NCBI GenBank assembly: GCA_964549355.1
Contig: CAZJUS010000005.1
Location: forward strand, 1-36,305
Origin: Candidatus Undinarchaeota archaeon
GTDB lineage: Archaea > SpSt-1190
Reading direction: 5' to 3'
Length of the DNA: 36,305 bases
The translations under genes and the position numbers were made by a program. The notes below the pieces were generated by a model. It worked only from the letters and a program-made list of their open reading frames with translations. It made no database searches and was not told the origin of the DNA. This document shows positions 1 to 15,200 of the stretch, one piece after another. Position 1 is the first letter of the stretch. Every line of letters begins with the position of its first letter.

Positions 1-2
1 TA

Positions 3-3000
3 TTGCCCTGCTTTATTTACCCACAAAGTTCCGTTTGATTCCACGTTGATGCTTCGGTCGGTGTCCAGAATTTCGATGACCAAGGGAGTATATCCGCTGG
101 ACCTGTTCACAAAACTGAGGTTGCCTGAGAAGTAAGAAGATGCCGTGTCATCTTTTTCTATTGTAGGTCCAGAAACTACGGTGGTGTTGTATTTGTTCGT
201 GCCATCATCAATCTGCCATAAAAATTCTGCAGTTCCTTGCTCCCCGCAAGTGAATGAATTTACGTCAACCGAACAATTACCTACAGTTGGAATTCCTGCA
301 GTTCCTGTCAATGTGTCTGTATCTTTATACACAAACCCTGTGCTTGTGTTTACGAATAATTTACATTCTATTGTGTCGCCTTCAGTATCATTCACAGTTA
401 CATTGAACTGGAAGGTTTCCCCCCACCCTCCTAAGGTTGGGCTGACTCTTGATTTGGTGTAATTAGTGTCAAGATTTTCAAGCCAGAATTGATTCATATG
501 GCTGGTGGTGTTTGGATGATATGAACCCTTGTCGCTGTAAATTATAATTGTATAATTGCCTTCAGGTTTGCCTGTGCTGTCCCAAGTGCAGTTATACCAT
601 CCTGAAGCCTCGTTGTTGACCGGCGTGCATCCATATTCTGTTTCTGTCTGGTTGTGCTTCATGGTTATTGTAAGTGATGAGGTGTCATTCACAAGACCCT
701 CATTTGAACAATCTGTGCTGACATTAAGCCGCGTAAGAATGCCATCTGTGACATTGAAACTGCTTCCAGGTACAGGAACTTCAAGATTGTTTTTGAGTTG
801 CCCTATGATTGAATATGTGCTGGTACCCATGTCCGTTGTTTTGTAGCATGCATTGCCGTGCATTGAAACGTACCAGAGCTGGATGCCTGTCGTGTACAGG
901 CAGTCCGGGGCATGGTCATATGATATCTGTCCTGTTGTGTTTGTGGTTTTGTTGTGTCCATCATCGAAATCAGTGGAGTCGGTTGTGAAATAGAAGGTGC
1001 CATTCAAATCCGCCCCGACAAGCGAACCATAATCCGTATCGTTTATACTGACTATGAATTTAAATGAAACAGGGCCTTCACGGTCGATGCTGGCGCCTTG
1101 CCCTGCCTCAATTATGAACCCAAGGTCGTCCTGTTCAAGGGTTATCGGTGAGCCCGAAATTTCATCTGTGAATCCATTTGAATCATTTGCTATAAATTTA
1201 TAATATGTAGTTGGCCCGTCGAAATAATCCTGGCAATCAAACACATGATGGAAAGTTACATTTACGAAAACAGTGCTTTGCATTGTCTGCCAATCAATCA
1301 GCTTCCACGGGCCGCTCGATGAGTTGGAATACCACAAACTGACATTGGTTACGTCATTTTCAACATCTCTGGCTTCGACTTTGAAAGTGTAGTTGTGCCC
1401 CCATCCGTCAGCATCAGTATCCGCCCATGGATTTCGCAATTCAGTTCCAGAGCCCAGGTAGAAGGCATTCACTTTTTTAAGGTAATGGTCAAAGTAATAT
1501 TGTTTAGAGGAGTTGATTGTTATATTATACCACCCAAGTGCTGCACCTGTGGTGTCCCATGTTGAATTGTATGTACCATTCACAAGGTCGTTGGCAGGGT
1601 CCGGACTCGGTATGAAGGTGGTGCCTTCCCGTTTGATTCTGAATCGTACTGTTGCTCCAGTTACATTTTCGCATTCATCTACAACATCCCCGTAAATATC
1701 CAGAGGCGTATCTCTTACAATTTTAGTCCCGTTGGGGATATTGACTGCGCCCCACAAAACTGTGTAGATGGTCAGATTGAATTCTGAAGAATTGCCTGCA
1801 TAATAAAAGCTACTTTCGTCGTTTCCCCCTTTCCATTTTTGTATGCCGGTATAGTATACGCAGTCCGGCTTGAAACTTGTATTTAGATAACTGCCTGTTT
1901 CTGTCGTTGCCGGGATCTTCGGCCCCCATTTCGAACCATTGGTAGTCACCCAAAAGCCACCATCCAATCCTTGTCCTATTGGGGCACCGGAAACGGCATC
2001 TTTAATCACCAAAGTCAGCAGTGTGCTGTTGTCGCCGTATCTTGTAACATTGCTGTAATTGCCTCTGTAATACTCGACAATCGTACTCCTTTTAGTTACA
2101 TTGAGGTTGTGTATTGAAGTATTATACGCCAAATCCCCATCATCTGCACTTATGTACCACTCCCATTCACCAATCTCAGTTTGAGTGTATGTCCTCAAGA
2201 AGGTTTTGGTTGTATTTATGCAGTCATTGCAATATTGGGTTTCAACTTCAGACCATTCTGTTGAAGGCTTCTTTCGATGCCAAAGTTTGAGTGTTACAAA
2301 ATCATCATCATCTGTGACATTCACTTTAAAAGTATATTGGCTACCCCAATATGTTGAAGTTGGATTCACAAATTCTCCGGAAAGCACAGGCACAACTTCA
2401 TGGAAAAATGCATTATTCTTTATGTACGACGCATTATTGTAATACTGGCGAGTTGAATTCATGCCAACCCAATACCATCCACCAGGGCTTGTTGTAATGT
2501 TCCATGTGCAGTTATACCATCCGGTGCCTTCATTGTTTACAGGAGTGCAGGGATTCGAAAATGATGCGTGAGTTACATTGAAATTCACCACGGCATCATT
2601 CACAGTTGGAGTTCCACATTCATCTGTAACATTGGCACGTACAGTGATATTCTCATTGTTGTAGTATGTCTCCCCTGCTGGCTGTTCAACTTCAAGGGTG
2701 AGGTAGCCCATTATGGTAGTTGTCAGTTGCAAGCTTGAGTTGGCATCTTTGTAGCATGAATTCCCGAAAGTCCCTGCTTTCCAGTTTTGGATGCCGACTT
2801 TGTATACGCAGTTGGGCGTGAACGTTATGTTTGTGTATGTGTTGTTGGTATCGGAGTCTATTGCCGGCCCCCAACTCGAGCCGTCCGTGGTCACCCAAAA
2901 TTTGGTTGTTTTCCCATCCGGCAGATAAGTAGCGTTATCGGGGTCGTAAACTCTTATTTTCAGCAGTTTATCCTGCCAACGGTTTACAACCGAATCGTTT

Positions 3001-6000
3001 CCTGTTGAAAGCCCCTCATACAAAAATTCAACATCATCTTTATCCACTGTGAAGTTCCACCCAATCCTGTCTGTTGAATTGTGAGCATCAGTGGCATTGA
3101 ACTTGAAATATTGAGTGCCTTTGTCTGAACAAGTGAAAGCATCGTAATAGAAAGACAATTGTGTTACGGCACCGCAGTCATAACATGTTTGTGAATTTAT
3201 ATACGTCCAAGTTGAATTGTCTGGGCTCATCCAGAATGAAACATTCACATCGTTGGCGTTTTTGTCGCTGGCATTAACTAAGAAAGTGAAATTTTCACCC
3301 CAGCCACCATCATCCTCATATACGAAAGTTTCATTTTCCAATTTTGGAGGCACCCACAGTTGGATTATTCTGAAACTATCATTCTTACGATAATACCCAT
3401 CGTTGTAAAGCTGAACGTCTGATGCAGTTATGTTTACGTCATACCAACCTTCATCAGCATAAGTTGCATTGAATTCACAAACTTGTGTCCCGTTTTGATA
3501 ATCTGTCTTGTTTTTGCAATGATAATACGTTCCGAATCCGGCACTTATTATTGTGAAGTTTGCAGTCGCATTGAGATAGTGCAGACTGCATTCGTCCTGT
3601 ATATTTGCAGTTATGTTCACAGATAGAGTGGTAGTTCTATTGTATTCCGTTCCATTCGGAGCCGTGATGACGGGGGAAAGATGTCCATAGATTGTAACAT
3701 TGAAATTATCTGTCTGGAAATCTTTGTAGCAAGTATCGAATGATGTCTTGCCGTGCCATTCCTGCTTGCCGACCTCGTATGAACAACTGGGGGCAAAGTA
3801 GTAAGTAACCTGCCCTGATGAGTTGGTTTCATTCAAACCATCTTCCAGAAAAGCGCTTCCGTTGTACACTGAAAACCTTATTTTTGGGGATTCGTAAGCT
3901 GGTGAATATGCTGGGGCGAGTTTATCTGTGTCATTTACAAAAAGTACAAAAGGCGTTTCTCCCGTGCTTCGATTGACAATACTCTCGTTTCCTTTAATGT
4001 ATGAAATGACAATATCGTCTTTTTCAACAAAATGAGTTTTTTCTGTTGTGTTTGCAAGTGTTCCTGAAACGCCGGGTTCACTTGCGTTGAATTTGTAATA
4101 AAGTAGCTTTGAAGCCTCTCCACAGGTATAAACTCGAGTGAAATTCACCAATTTATTAACAGGAGTAGGTATTGTTTTACATTCCGTTACTTGATACTGT
4201 CCTCCAGCTGAGAATTTTTCAAGCAAACAAACTTGCACGTCATTGTAGTGGTCAACAACTACGGTGAAATTATGGACTTCCCCCCAACTTCCATCGTCCG
4301 GATATTCAACTTGTGGGGAACTTAAATCTACAGGGGTTATTTGGAAGAAATTATTTTTGTAGGTTTTTACATCTTCCCAATAATAGTTTCGTGAGGCATT
4401 CACAGTGATGTTGAACCAACCGCCTTTGAAGGTGGATGTGTTGACTTCACAAAGATAATCTGTTCCATTGAAATTGGCGTATCCTGAATTGGGGCATCTG
4501 TATGTGTCACCCGTTCGTGTGTTTGTAAGGTTGAACCATACATTTGCGTCTTCGATTGTCTGCTGGCAATCGTCTTGCACCTCTGCAGTTAGGTTGAAAA
4601 CATCCCCTTGTGTGAAATTGGTAGCGCCGTCCGGATAGATTAAACTTACATTCAGATTTCCAATAACTCTTACTGTGAATTCAACAGATGAGTTGTCTGC
4701 ATAGCAACTCTCTCCGCTGAAATTAGCTTTCCACAGCAGGTTTCCTACTGGATATGTGCATTCTGGGTTGTAATCATGATAATAATTCTTTCCGCTGCTA
4801 TTGAGCGTGGATGTTGTTTCTGTTCCATTTATCCAGAATTTGACATTTGTATCGAGTATGTCCGTTCTATTCACACCTAAAATATAGTCGTAGAGCCGGA
4901 CAGCGAATCGTGTAGAAGTATCAGGGTTTTCATTGCTCCGGTTAAGAGTCGTTCCGTTGCCCTGCAAATGCATAATCCATATTGGTTCTTTGGTAACGTT
5001 GAATTCTATTGGCGCCGTTTCATTCCAATATCCCGATGGATCTGTTGCATTCACTTTGAAATACCATGTTGCAACATCATTTGGTGCAGGGCAACTGAAA
5101 GTCCTTTCGTGGTAAATGCGATAATTGTTGGTGTTGTTTTGCGAATCTGTGAATTCATCATTCCACGAACCTGCTTGTCCCTTCTTGAGCCAAAACTTCA
5201 CGGTTACTGTATCATTATCCTGGTCAGTTACATACGAAGTCAGGTTGAAAGGACTCATGCCCCACGGTGCCGAAGGTGCCTTGTCCACACTTGCATTCAC
5301 ATCTGGCACTGTTGCATAGTAAAATGCATTCTCGATTGCTGTAATATTGTCCCAGTGAAGTGTTTTATTTGAGAACATAGTTATGTTATACCAGCGGAGG
5401 GGCGCGCTTTCTGATTCGACTGGAAAATCACACTGATAATAATTGCCGACAGGAGTGGCCTGGCATTTATATGTGTAAGGCCCGTTCGTCAGGTTGAAGT
5501 AGACAGTCGCCGTGCTTAATATGTTACCGCAGTCATTTTTGACCTGCCCCTCGATTAAGACTGAGGAATTGTACTCCCTGCTGACATTCTCCCCAATTAG
5601 TTTGATTATTGTATTGCTTAGACTGCCTTTTAGCGTAAAATTCCAGACTGCGCTTGAATTGTCTTTTATGTAAGCGTCGCCTGTGGTTGCAGTATACCAA
5701 CTGTGGTTGCCCAAATAGTATTTGCTCTGGTCTGCACACCAGTCTGCATTGGCCACAGTCCTGTTGAGCCAACCCTTGCTTGAAGACAGGGGTGAAGGGC
5801 TACTTTCGAAAGTGTTTTGGTCGAATATTGAGATGTACGTCTTTCCTATTGTTCCGTCAGGATGCGTTTCATTGTCTGTGTCATAAATACGGGTTGCAAA
5901 AACATACGATGCGCTTCTGTTGACAATTTCACTTTCTGCCGGCCGGTATTGCGTCAGTGTGACGTCGTCCCTTTCAACATTGTAAATGAACCCGTCAATT

Positions 6001-6240
6001 GAATTGTTTCCGTCATCATTGGTGGAGTTGAATTTGAATTCCCATGTGTTTATGTCTGTTGGCAGATAGTCGTATGTGAAGTTGATCTGTGTCCAGGGCA
6101 GACAATCTACACATGTTGTGTTGTCTATGAGCGACCACTCTTGTCCTACTATTTTGTGCCACGCCCAGACTGAAATGTTCCTTCCGAAGCGATCCCTCGT
6201 CCAAACTGAAAAGGTGAAATTTTCGCCCCATCCTCCTGCG
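3..6240 (-). repeat. Seven tandem ~320-aa protein repeat units (C-terminal array, last unit cut by the window edge)
   Basis: Unit-start motif (G/D)xWG-x2-4-F-x-F near 6226, 5260, 4281, 3298, 2344, 1398 and 421 (spacing about 945-985 nt). Recurring internal motifs E(K/R)DDV, VNR, QxWK, D(D/E)C and GWYN. Confidence 0.9.
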
Positions 6241-9200
6241 GTAATTGAGTTGTTGCCGTTTATGTATAGCGAGGTATTCTGCATCAGCGGGACATAATCA
6301 TAAATTTTCGAAACTGTGAATGCTTTTTCGGTTTCATTGAAAATTGTTCCGTATCCCCAAGTGTAGTATATTCGGGTGATGTTGAGGAAGGTTTGTGGAT
6401 TATTTAAAGCACTTGAATGTGAATAGAGTTGTATATATTTGTTGGGCTCTGTGAATGATTCTGATTCAGCATCTGACAAGACGAAGTATGTTGAACTGTT
6501 CATTTCAATATTATCCCAGAAATAGTTCTCAAAAAACAAGTATGGTTCAGAATCATTTATCACATCCAAATATTTTACAAAAAGTTCCGAGATGCTGGTG
6601 TTCTCGCCAGAAGAGTTGTACGTTAAATTTATACCGCCTGAAACAACTCTCTGGTAGGGCATGTTCGGCTCCTGGAGTGTGTGCGGGAAGCTGCTTGTGC
6701 ATGTCTCTCCTGAGCAGGAATATCCCGGGAAATCTTCGTAGCTCGATGTGGTGTATGTATCATTTATACCGAAAGGCTCAAAGATAATTGGGCCTAGGGA
6801 AGTGCAGTTTATTGTGAAATTCAGATATCTTTTCTCCCTTTTTCCCAGTCCGCTCAAATTCCATGCCAGGATGTTCCCCTGGTTTGAGCCGTTCCAAATT
6901 TGCGTAACAGTACAATTATCCGGCACCGGCAGATAAATGGTCCAATTATTTGCAGTGGCGTCTCCAATGTTTACTGTTAGGATGCTCATGTTGTATTCAT
7001 AGTTGGGCATAAAGCTCTGAGGCTCTGCCCACGGAAACTCTTCCCTTTGCCAGACAACAGCATCATATTCGAGATGGCTTTCCCCTGTGTAGTTGCTAGT
7101 CCTCAACTCGTCGAATTTTCGGGGCTCTGTCAAGTTGACATCCTCATATGCCAGACTCCATTGCGCATTTCCCAGATTGCCTACGAGCGGAGGGGCTTTA
7201 ACTTGGTAGTCTGCAATAAGATAATCCCCTGCATCTATTGAAGGCAGGACCCATGTCATCTTGTTGTTTTCCAGATCCATTTCAGTCGATATTGCTGTGC
7301 CCCCCTTGATTGTTGGATTGGCAGGCGTCCAGCCAGGCTTCAAAGTTTCAACGAGTGTCACTGTTCCATTCACAGCCTTGCACCCTTTGTTGTAGAGCAC
7401 TATTTGGCTTTCAAAGACAGCGCCGGGGGAGACAACTCCTGGAGTTTCTCTTGTTATTTGAATCACTGACTGATTTGCATTTGAAATATTGAGCTGGTAT
7501 GTTCTGGTTATATTATACGTCAAATCACTGTATGAAATTTTGACACTTATGTTTGCAGTAATGTTTTGTGGGGTGTCGGGAGGAATTATTGTGAACAGAT
7601 TATCAATTTCACTTTCGCTTCTTACAACATTGGTTGTCCGGTATGCGGGGGACACCTGCCACCCGCTCGGCAGAGCAACAGTAACATTTATGACTTTATA
7701 TGAATCTTCCTGGATGTTTCGTAGTTCAACATTCCATTCTTCTGATATATTGAAGCAGGTATGCGGATTATAATAAACATAAATTGTTTCAACGTCATTG
7801 AAAAATCTTATTTTCCTTTCATCTTCTTCATTTACATCAACCAGTCTTGCTTTCGCCCAGAGGCGTTTTTCCGGGACGGTTGACAGATTAACTTTGAAAT
7901 TCACAGTCTCATTTCCATGGGCACTTATATTCACAAAACTACTGTTAGTGTAATATATTGTGGTTCCATTCAGGGCAGTAATGTTCAGCTGGAGTTTGGT
8001 GTTGTTTTCATCTTGGCTGCTGGGGTTTGCAACTATGATTGGGACATCTACATAGCCTTCTTCATCATGCCTTATGAAATTTATGTCCAAAATTTTTAGA
8101 TGCTTCTGCACATATACAGTGGCATTGAAGTGGTCTATGAGGACAGGCACTTCTCCGCCATTGAACAAAATAACCCCGCACTCCCCTCTCTCTCCAAAAA
8201 TATTGATATTTGGATCAACCATACGGAAAGATTTCAAAGTTAAATTTTCCGGGACAGTAACCAATGAAGCATAAGGCATCCACCTTTCAGAAAATACTTT
8301 CAGGTGCAAGTGCCCCGTTCCATTTAAAGCCTCCCAGTATGCATTCAATTCACTGTTTCTTATATTGACTGCACCGCACTCCCAAGTTACCAGCATTTCT
8401 TCACCCGGATTGAGTGTTGCTTCAGTGCTCGTGTTTTCGTAGTCCTCCCCGAGGGTCCCATTCAAACCGCAGATTTTTTCAGACACGTCTTCGTTAGTTA
8501 GCAAATTCACTGCCCTGAATGGGCACTCCAGATCAAGGAATTCATAGACGCTGACGTTGATGGAGTTGTTTGCAGTATAAAAATTGGCAGGGGGTATTTC
8601 GTCTGTTGTGTTGGCCGTAAAATTGAGAGTTTCCGTGAACATCTTTTCTGCAATGTCTGTAACATTGACATCCCAATGTACATAAGTGTAGTTGGATCCG
8701 CCGATATCTGCCCTTATTTTGCCTAAGTATTGATTTGAGGAGGGCAGTTCAGGCCAAGGAGTCTTAAGGGTGATATTCGTGGCGGTTGCATTCCTATCCT
8801 TCACATACAAAGTTGCATTTACTCCAAACAGCTTGTTTTGGAAAACCTCACTAGGAGCATAAACGTCAGTTATTTCGAATTCAGGACACTTCATATCCAA
8901 AAACACTGTGAATTCTTCGGAAAGAGAAGATTTGTAGCAGGCATCTGTAGTCTCCACCTGCACCCTCCATTTCTGCCATCCCGGGTCATACTTGCATGAG
9001 GCATAAAATTCATAATTGATGCTCCCTGTTGAATTTGTTTCCGAGAAGCTTTCTTCAGTGAGCCATATGTTGCTGTTATTCAAACTAACATCAATGCGTC
9101 CATTTGCAGTCGGCGAGGTTATGACTGCCCCCTTGTCTGTATCATTGAGTAAAATTCTGAACCAAGTAGGACTCACTTTAGTGGCGGTTGTTTCGTTACC

Positions 9201-12200
9201 GCCCTGATGAATCAAAGCAACATCATCTTTTTCGATTGTGAACAAATCATCGGTCAGGAAATCCTGTGCTTGGGATTCATATGTAGAGCCCTCAGTGTCA
9301 GTAGCATTTATTTTGAACTGCCATGATGTTGTGCTGACAGCAGAGCAAGTGTATGATGCTGTCCAATTCACCGTTGTGTTTGCACAATCGTTGCAAGTCT
9401 TGGTCCCGACAAGCTCCCATTCAGGATGTACGACAGTATTCCTCTGCCACAAGTATAGGGTGTCTGTATCCCCCTGGTCCGTGACATTCACAATGAAAGT
9501 CCTGTTCAAACTCCATCCATCCGACTCCGGAGTAACTTGGATGTTGTAGAGTTTTGGAGCAACCCGGATGTATATATTGTTAGTTATCTGGTGGAAATTG
9601 CTGTTAGAGCCTGTTTTGTTGACCTCCATGGTTACATTGTACCAGCCCCCCATTCCAGAAGTGCCGACGGTGCAGTTGTAGACGCCCGGGCTTTCTTCTT
9701 CCGCATACCCTGAAGCAGGGCAGTAGAATGGTCCTCCGAAGCCATCCATTCTAAATCTCACGCTCGCGCCCGTGGTATTTTGGAGGCAGTCATCCGTTAC
9801 ATTTCCTCGGAAAACAATATCATCACCTTGAGTAAAGTTTTGGTATTTTGGAGAAATTATATGTGGATCAAGGTCCCCTATAATTTTTATCCAGAACTGT
9901 TCACTTTCTACATCTTTATACGAAGTTGAATTGGTAACATTCACTTTCCAATATTGTTGCCCCGATGAATAATTACAATTTGGATCGAAATCAAAATAGT
10001 AGTGTGTTGCATTTTTGCTCTCCGCTTCTTCTCTCCACAAAGAACCATTGTAAATTAAAGTGAATAATTTTGTTGTTTCATTGATGCTTGTTGTATAGCT
10101 TTCATAGTCTTGGTCATAGACACGGACCGCAAGAAGCACACTTCCCGATGAACGATTCACTTCTGTGTTGTTTCCAATTACATTCATAAACGCAACATCA
10201 TCTTTTTCAACTCCAAATGAAATTTTTCCTGTGGTGTTTGTGAATCCTGATGTATCTGAGGCATTTATAGTATAATTCCATGCGCCGACCTCGCTTTCTG
10301 TGAAGTTTCGCTGAAACTGCAGTTGGTCGTTGTTGCAAGGACTGCATGTTTGGGTGGAATTCAGCTCCCAGCTTCCGTCCGGATGCTGAAGCCAGAAGAA
10401 AACAGTTACAGTGTTGTTGTCGTCATCTGTCACATTGATGGTGAAGTTGAAGGGACTCCTGCCCCATCCGTCAGAGCTTGGCGAAGCGAGAGGGGCGTCG
10501 AGCATGGGCACACTGGCCAGGAAAAAGGCGTTTTCAAGCGTTTTGGTCCCGTTCCAATAGTACTGCTTGCTTGAAGTCATTGTTGCATTGTACCAGCCCA
10601 GGGGGGCGGATGTAGACATGCCATGTGTGGTATAGTATGTCCCCCTTCCTCCGTCATAAAAGACTTGCAACTCTTCGGAATACCCATTGTGCTCCAACCT
10701 GAAATAGGTCGTTGGGTCTGTCAAGGTTGCTCCGCAATCATCTGAGATGGTGCCTTCGAGTTCAATATTTTGCGACTTTGTGAAGTTGGTGGAGGTATCA
10801 GGTTTCAGCATCGTGTTGTTTAATTGCCCGTAAAGTGTGAATGGAAGTGCATTGTATGGAGGAGGTTGCAGATATGTGTCTTTATAATATGTTGCAGTTT
10901 TTACCGCACCTCTCCAGTAATTTTGTCCCAAATAAAAGAAATCTTGGCACCATTTTGCTCCAGTAGGTTCCATCAACAGTTTTGAGTATCCCTGTGAATC
11001 TATAACAGGTGAAGTAAAGAAGAAGGCATAGCTTTCATTGTTTCCAAACTTGCTTATTTCAATATATGCTTCTTGGTCCTGCAACAGAGTGCCTAACGTT
11101 CCGTTATCAATATCATTCACTTGAAAAGTGAAATTGTACGGTTGGCTTCTGTTGATTATCATATTCCATTCAGGTGTGATATTCAGCAGGCTTACATCAT
11201 CTTCTTCAATAGTGTAAACGTTGCCGGAAAGCTCACTGTCGCCGTCCGCATTGCTGGCGTTGAATTTAAATTCCCATCCTCCTATGTCGTCCGGCTGGTA
11301 GTCCCAGGTGAAATTGACCTGCTTCCAGTCAGATGCCCAGGGAACCAGAGTGCTGTTAATCAAGCTCCAGATCGGGCCTGATTTGTGCCAAGCATATACT
11401 GTGATGTTCCTCCCGAAGCGGTCTTGGGTTTCAACCGAGAAAGTGTAATTTTCACCCCAGCCCCCTACTGTTTTGCTGGCGTTGTCCCCTATGAAAAGCC
11501 GGATGTTCTGGAGCCTGGGGGCATAATAATACACTTTGCTGTTCAAGTACAACTTTTGACTTTCTATAAACTGTTTTCCGTATCTCCAAGTGTAGTTGAA
11601 CTGGCTGATGCTTATGTTGGCAAATTTGTTTTTTTCACCGTCGGTGTGGGCAAAAAGCTCAATATACCGGCTGGTGCTTTCGAACTGGCTTGGGTTCGTG
11701 TAGTAAACTAAGGTTTGGCCGGAATCGGTTGGGGTTAAGGTCTGATTCTGCCATAGGATTTTGTAGTCGCCGTTGTCGTCCTTCATCCGGATTCCGAATT
11801 CTGAAATTGTGGTGTTCTGGGTGGTGGCCTTCTGATGGAATGAAATGTTTACTTCCGTTAGTTGTTGGTAATCTTCAGCAGGATTGCTGAACGGGTAATT
11901 ATATTCATATGTGCACGTTTCGCCTGTGCACTCGAGATTCGGAGAGTCAGAATATGAAACATAACCTATTGTATTCCGGGTTGCGTTTACAGTGAACGAG
12001 ACATCCTCTGTGGTTGAACAATTCAGAGTGAAATTATAGTATTCTCTTTGTCTGGAACCAAGTCCAGTTAAATTCCAGTGAATGTGTTGGCCGTTCACAC
12101 TTCCATTCTGGAATACTTTAAGTATTTCGCATCCTTCTGCAATGTAGGCATTAATGGTCCAGTTGTATGCTGTTGTGTCCCCAACATTTCTTGGAATGAG

Positions 12201-15200
12201 TGTAATATTGTAAGGTTCGTTCAGCTGGATGCTCCGGGTTTCAGGCCATGGGAAATCCTGATACTGGTTTGCGACAACATCAAATTCAAAGTGGGACTCT
12301 CCTGCATAACTGGCAGTATGGACTTTGTATTTTTCCGGTTCTTTAATTGTCCTGCCGTCGAAGGACACATTCCAGAACATGGTCCCGACTTCGTCAGTCC
12401 CCGGCGGAGACTTTACCTGATAGTTCAGCACCGCATATTTGTCGACACCAATCTCACCCAGCACAATGTCAATCCTGTTTAATTCCAGATCCGCGTTGGA
12501 CGAAACCAGTTCTATATCGCCTTCAAGTGACGGGTTGGCGGGCGTCCATCCCGGCTTGACGACTTCTGAGATTACTGCTCCCGTGGCTGCTGCACAGCCC
12601 TTGTTGTGGATTATCAAAGCTGATTCGAATACTTTTGTGGGCGAGATCATGCCCGGAGTCTCCCTTAGAATTTCTATGATAGGCTGGTTTCCGTTGAAGA
12701 AATATGCGGGTATTTTCTTGAACCCTTGCTTGTGGGGCAGAGTATAGTTGACTGTTACATTCAAGGTTACATTTTCAGTGGACGGTGAAGATGTTACATT
12801 GAATTCTATATCTTTAGATTGGCCCGCTCCAAGTGTGAATGCAACGTAGGATTGTTCGAAGCTCCATCCTGCCGGCACTTCCATGCTTACATTGTAGTCC
12901 ACAGCATCCTTGAAGTTGTTGTAAATGGTGACATAAACAGTTTCATTGGTATCCGGACAGGTGTAGTTAATGTAATATTCTGTGTGATTCAAGGTTTGAA
13001 TTGTGAATGTTTCTGACCGGGACCACGATTCTCCTTCATTGTAAAGTGTTGTTGTTATTTCGTAATCTCCTGCAACCCAAGTACTCGTATTGATGTTGGT
13101 TACTTTGTATTCTTTGATTTCTCCTGAATTCACATTCACTGAAATGTCTGAAGAATTCACTGTTCCTGTGCTGTTGGTGATATTCACCCACAAATTTCCG
13201 GACATTGCTGTTGCATTTGAGTTGAAAACCAAAACAGAGATGTTGAGCAGGTCGTCATCTGCATCCAAACTGTAGGTTTCAAATCCATTGATGTTGGGGG
13301 TGATGCTTATGGCGCGTGCTTTTGGAATAATGTATCCCAAGAACTCAGCAGCAGTTATGTTGAGGACTGCGTCTCCCGTGTTTTGCACTATCAGCGAGCA
13401 GTTGCCGTTTTCGTTGACTGTGCTTCGGTTTTCCAAAACCGACAGGGAGATATTGGTTGCACTGCTGATGGCTTCGTGGTTTTTAATTTCAATATACTTT
13501 GTGTTGTTGTAGACAAAAAATCTGGCAGAGGTTCCGCTGGAATTGGCCGTCAGGTCATATTCTGAAAATCTATAAACTCCCGCTTCGCAGGCAAAGTCAA
13601 CAGTTCCATTCTCTCCCGGCGGGACTTCTATGTAGTTTGGGTCCATTGCAACTTTATTTCTGTCATAAACTCGAACGGTGATATTTTCTTGGTCTTTCGT
13701 TCCGTCCGTATTGTTCAGCTGAATGGTTAGTAAGAATTCTCCTGAAGTCGTTGCATTGATATTCCAGAAAACATCCACTGAGGCGCCTTGGGCAAGAGTC
13801 CCGATGTGTTGAATCCGGTTTGCAATATCCCACGAGTCTGGAGCTATAATTTCCGCATAAGCGTCGGATGAATCTGCAATATAGCTGGTCATCACCGCAC
13901 TGACGGTAAAATTAGAGTATTGGAAAGCTTCAGTTGGTTCGGCATGTGAATATATTGAAGGTGTTGCTTCGCATCCCGCCAGATTGAGGGTGGTCGTGAA
14001 GTTGACGCTTGTATTGTACGCGTATGCGTCATCATCCACTGCAACAAAAGCCCTCCACTTTTGCGGGCCGGCAACAAATTCACAAGTTGGCTGGAGTTCA
14101 TAAGTTGCCACGCCGGTTCCATTGGTGTATGAGCTCCCAAGGGTTTTCTTCCCGTTCGGATAGTCCTGGTGGAGCAGTTCAAATGTAATTTTTGCAGAAG
14201 GCGTAAGGTTGAGAGTCTGCGCAATATTGTCAAAGACCTCCACGCTGAAATTTACAGGCGTGCTTGTGCCCGGGTTGCTGTCGTTGCCTTCAAAATGGTC
14301 TATGCTGACATTGTCTTCAACCAAAGTGACACTCAGCAACCCGTCTGTTTCTGCCCCCATGAGCCTGAATTTGGCAAACCACGTTCCAATGTCACCGGCA
14401 GTAAAATTCTTGAACCACCAGATGGGCATGTTCTGGCAGTCTGGATAGTTGCAGTAGACAGGAGTTTGATTTTCGCAGTCATTGCAGACCATAAATCCGG
14501 TGGGAGAGGATTTGGCGAACATTATGTCTACCTTTTTTGGCGTCAGCCCTCCTGTGCTGGCTTCCACACTGTAATTCCAGTTGCGGTAGCCCCATCCATG
14601 GTAGGAGGGGGTCACATTTTCATTGTTCAAATGGTAGACGGGATTCATGTAGAACATGCCCGGCCACCCTTGTTTCGTAAACAATGAATTGTTGCTGTAG
14701 TGCAATGGCTTATTTGCAAACATGGTCGCGTTGTACCAGCCTTCAGGGGTTGAGATGTCTGTTGTCCAATCCAAAGTGTATGTGTTTGCCCCCAGCGGTT
14801 CATCAGTGTATCCCACATAAAAGTTTCCTGAAGAATGATTGGTTGCGAATGACACATTTGTAGCAAGTGCGTCCCCGCAGTCATCTTCAGTGTATGCCAA
14901 AAATGTGATTGCACTTTCTTGTGTGAAGTTGGAACTGCCGTCCGGCTTTACCAAGAACAGTGGGATGTCCCCTGTAACATTGAGTTGGAGTATGTCTGAA
15001 ACGGGGTTGTTATAGATGGCCGCACCGCCATCCACAGTGACTTTCCAATATTGAGTCCCTACTTCAAATTTGTTTGGTGAACATGCTGCATCAAAACCGA
15101 CAGAAGCATTCCCGGCAGAATCCGAAGTGGCATTGTTGGTGTTCTTATAGGTCGCTTGGTCGAAAGTAACAGAAAACATCATATTTTTGTCGGGTATGGC